Part shown: positions 62,188-64,000 of the stretch, one piece after another
Numbering within the stretch: position 1 is the stretch's first letter
Layout of the letters: every line of letters begins with the position of its first letter
Assembly (NCBI RefSeq): GCF_902713615.1
Contig: NC_052146.1
Location: 25,774,135-25,838,134 of the forward strand
Direction of reading: 5' to 3'
Source: Scyliorhinus canicula
Taxonomy: Eukaryota
Length of the DNA: 64,000 bases
The notes under the pieces: generated by a model
The model's input: the letters and a program-made list of their open reading frames with translations, nothing else
Databases searched by the model: none
Told to the model about the DNA's origin: nothing
Position numbers and translations under genes: made by a program

Positions 62188-63698
62188 CAAAGAACAAAGA
62201 AAAGTACAGCACAGGAACAGGCCCTTCGGCCCTCCAAGCCTGTGCTGACCATGCTGCCCATCTAAACTAAAATCTTCTGCACTTCCGGGGTCCGTATTCT
62301 TCTATTCCCATCCTATTCATGTTTTGTCAAGATGCCCCTTAAACGTCACTATCGTCCCTGCTTCCACCACCTCCTCCGGCAGCGAGTTCCAGGCACCCAC
62401 TACCCTCTGTGTAAAAACTTGGCTCGTACATCTCCTCTAAACCTTGCCCCTCGCTCCTTAAACCTATGCCCCCTCAGAATTGACCCCTCTAGACTGGGAA
62501 AAGCCTCTGACTATCCACTCTGTCTCTGCCCCTCATCATTTTGTCGTCCTCTATCAGGTCGCCCCTCAACCTCCGCCGTTCCAGTGAGAACAAACCAAGT
62601 TTATTCAACCGCTCCTCATAGCTAATGCCCTCCATATCAGGCAACATCCTGGTAACTCTCTTCTGCACCCTCTCTAAAGCCTCCACATCCTTCTGGTAGT
62701 GTGGTGACCGGAATTGAACACTATACTCCAAGTGTGGCCTAACTAAGGTTCTATACAGCTGCAACATGACTTGCCAATTTTTAAACTCAATGCCCCGGCC
62801 AATGAAGGCAAGCATACTGTGATGAATGTTATCAATAGCTGATATAATGGTACCTTACCTTTAATGCATTGGCCCTTTAAGACCGGGCTTGGAACCCTGG
62901 AGGACTCCGCCTCTGGCTCCACCCCATGGAAACGGTATATAAGTTAAGGCTCACTCAGGCCACATGTGATGAGCACACTTCTCGGCTGCTGTACAGTCCT
63001 CAGATGATTAAAGCCTTTGAATCATCTATCTTCTCTCCTGTGTCGTGATTGAGGGTATCTCACACACTGTATGCCTTCTTGACTAACTTCTCCATTTGTG
63101 TTGGCCCTTTCAGTGACCTGTGAACCTGTACACCCAGATCTCTCTGACTGCCAATACTCTTGAGGGTTCTAGCATTCACTGTATATTCCCTACCTGCATG
63201 AGACCTTCCAAAATGCAGTACCTCTCATTTGTCCGGATTAAACTCCATCTGCAAATCTCTCCGCCCAAGTCTCCAAACGATCTAAATCCTGCTGTATCCT
63301 CTGACAGTCCCCATTGCTATCTGCAATTCCACTGATCTTTGTGTCGTCTGCAGTCATACTAATCAGACCAGTTACATTTTCCTCCAAGTCATTTATCTAT
63401 ACTATGAACAGCAAAGGTCCTAGCACTGATCCCTGCGGAACACCACTAGTCACAGTCCTCCAATCAGAAAAGCATCCTTCCATTGCTACTCTCTGCCTTC
63501 TGTGACGTAGCCAGTTCTGTATCCATCTTGCCAGCTCAGCCCTGATCCCGTGTAACTTCACCTTTTGTACCAGTCTGCCATGAGGGACCTTGTCAAAGGC
63601 CCTACCTGCATCAATCAGCTTTGTGATCTCCTTGAAAAACTCTATCAAGTTAGTGAGACACGTCCTCCCCTTCACAAAACCATGCTGCCTCTCGCAGC
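62188..63698 (-). mobile_element. CR1 3' part, copy 2, with nested solo LTR 62818-63062
   Basis: Homologous to 34480-35990. Confidence 0.9.
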
Positions 63699-64000
63699 AT
63701 AATAATCGCTTATTGTCACAAGTAGGCTTCAGTGAAGTTACTGTGAAAAGCCCCGAGTCACCACATTCTGTTGCCTGTTCGGGGAGGCCGGTACGGGAAT
63801 TGAACCCACGCTGCTGGCATTGTTCTGAATTACAAGCCAGCTGTTTAGCCCACTGTGTTAAACCAGCCCCTGGGAATTTAAGTTGAGGGGAATGTTTAGG
63901 CTTACAACCGGCAATCACTAATTTTTGTAATTTTATTTCTGCATCACTTCTGATCATTAATAAGTCTTCATTGAATCCTACTTTGAGGACATCAGTTAAA

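Larger units (their letters stand above)
41974..64000 (+). repeat. Tandem segmental duplication, copy 2 (runs off the window end)
   Basis: Colinear with 4736-36254 but lacks the ~10 kb corresponding to 17751-27829. Confidence 0.95.

Overview
Repeat-dense vertebrate DNA. It is inferred to be elasmobranch (shark), from the HE1/V-type tRNA SINEs with CR1 tails and the CR1, L1, RTE, Rex1 and Harbinger-like elements. The only well-supported genes are four intact + strand ISG15-like di-ubiquitin genes (155 aa, ending LRLRGG) of two types, in the order A1 (9605), B1 (30887), A2 (47448), B2 (58749). They arise from a tandem duplication (4736-36254 matches 41974-64000) of an older A-B pair. Each gene appears to have a non-coding first exon, a 5'-UTR intron and one coding exon. 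A and B coding exons are about 94% identical by hand count, but their promoters and introns barely align and their 3' UTRs do not. This points to exon-restricted gene conversion, with protected differences on surfaces that partners and viral deISGylases contact. B has canonical ISREs, while A has an Ets-IRF (EICE)-like variant. The window starts with a ~3 kb GC-rich satellite, a possible SINE-disrupted exon and a 500-N gap. Most other ORFs are transposon debris or repeat artefacts. All counts and boundaries were made by eye.
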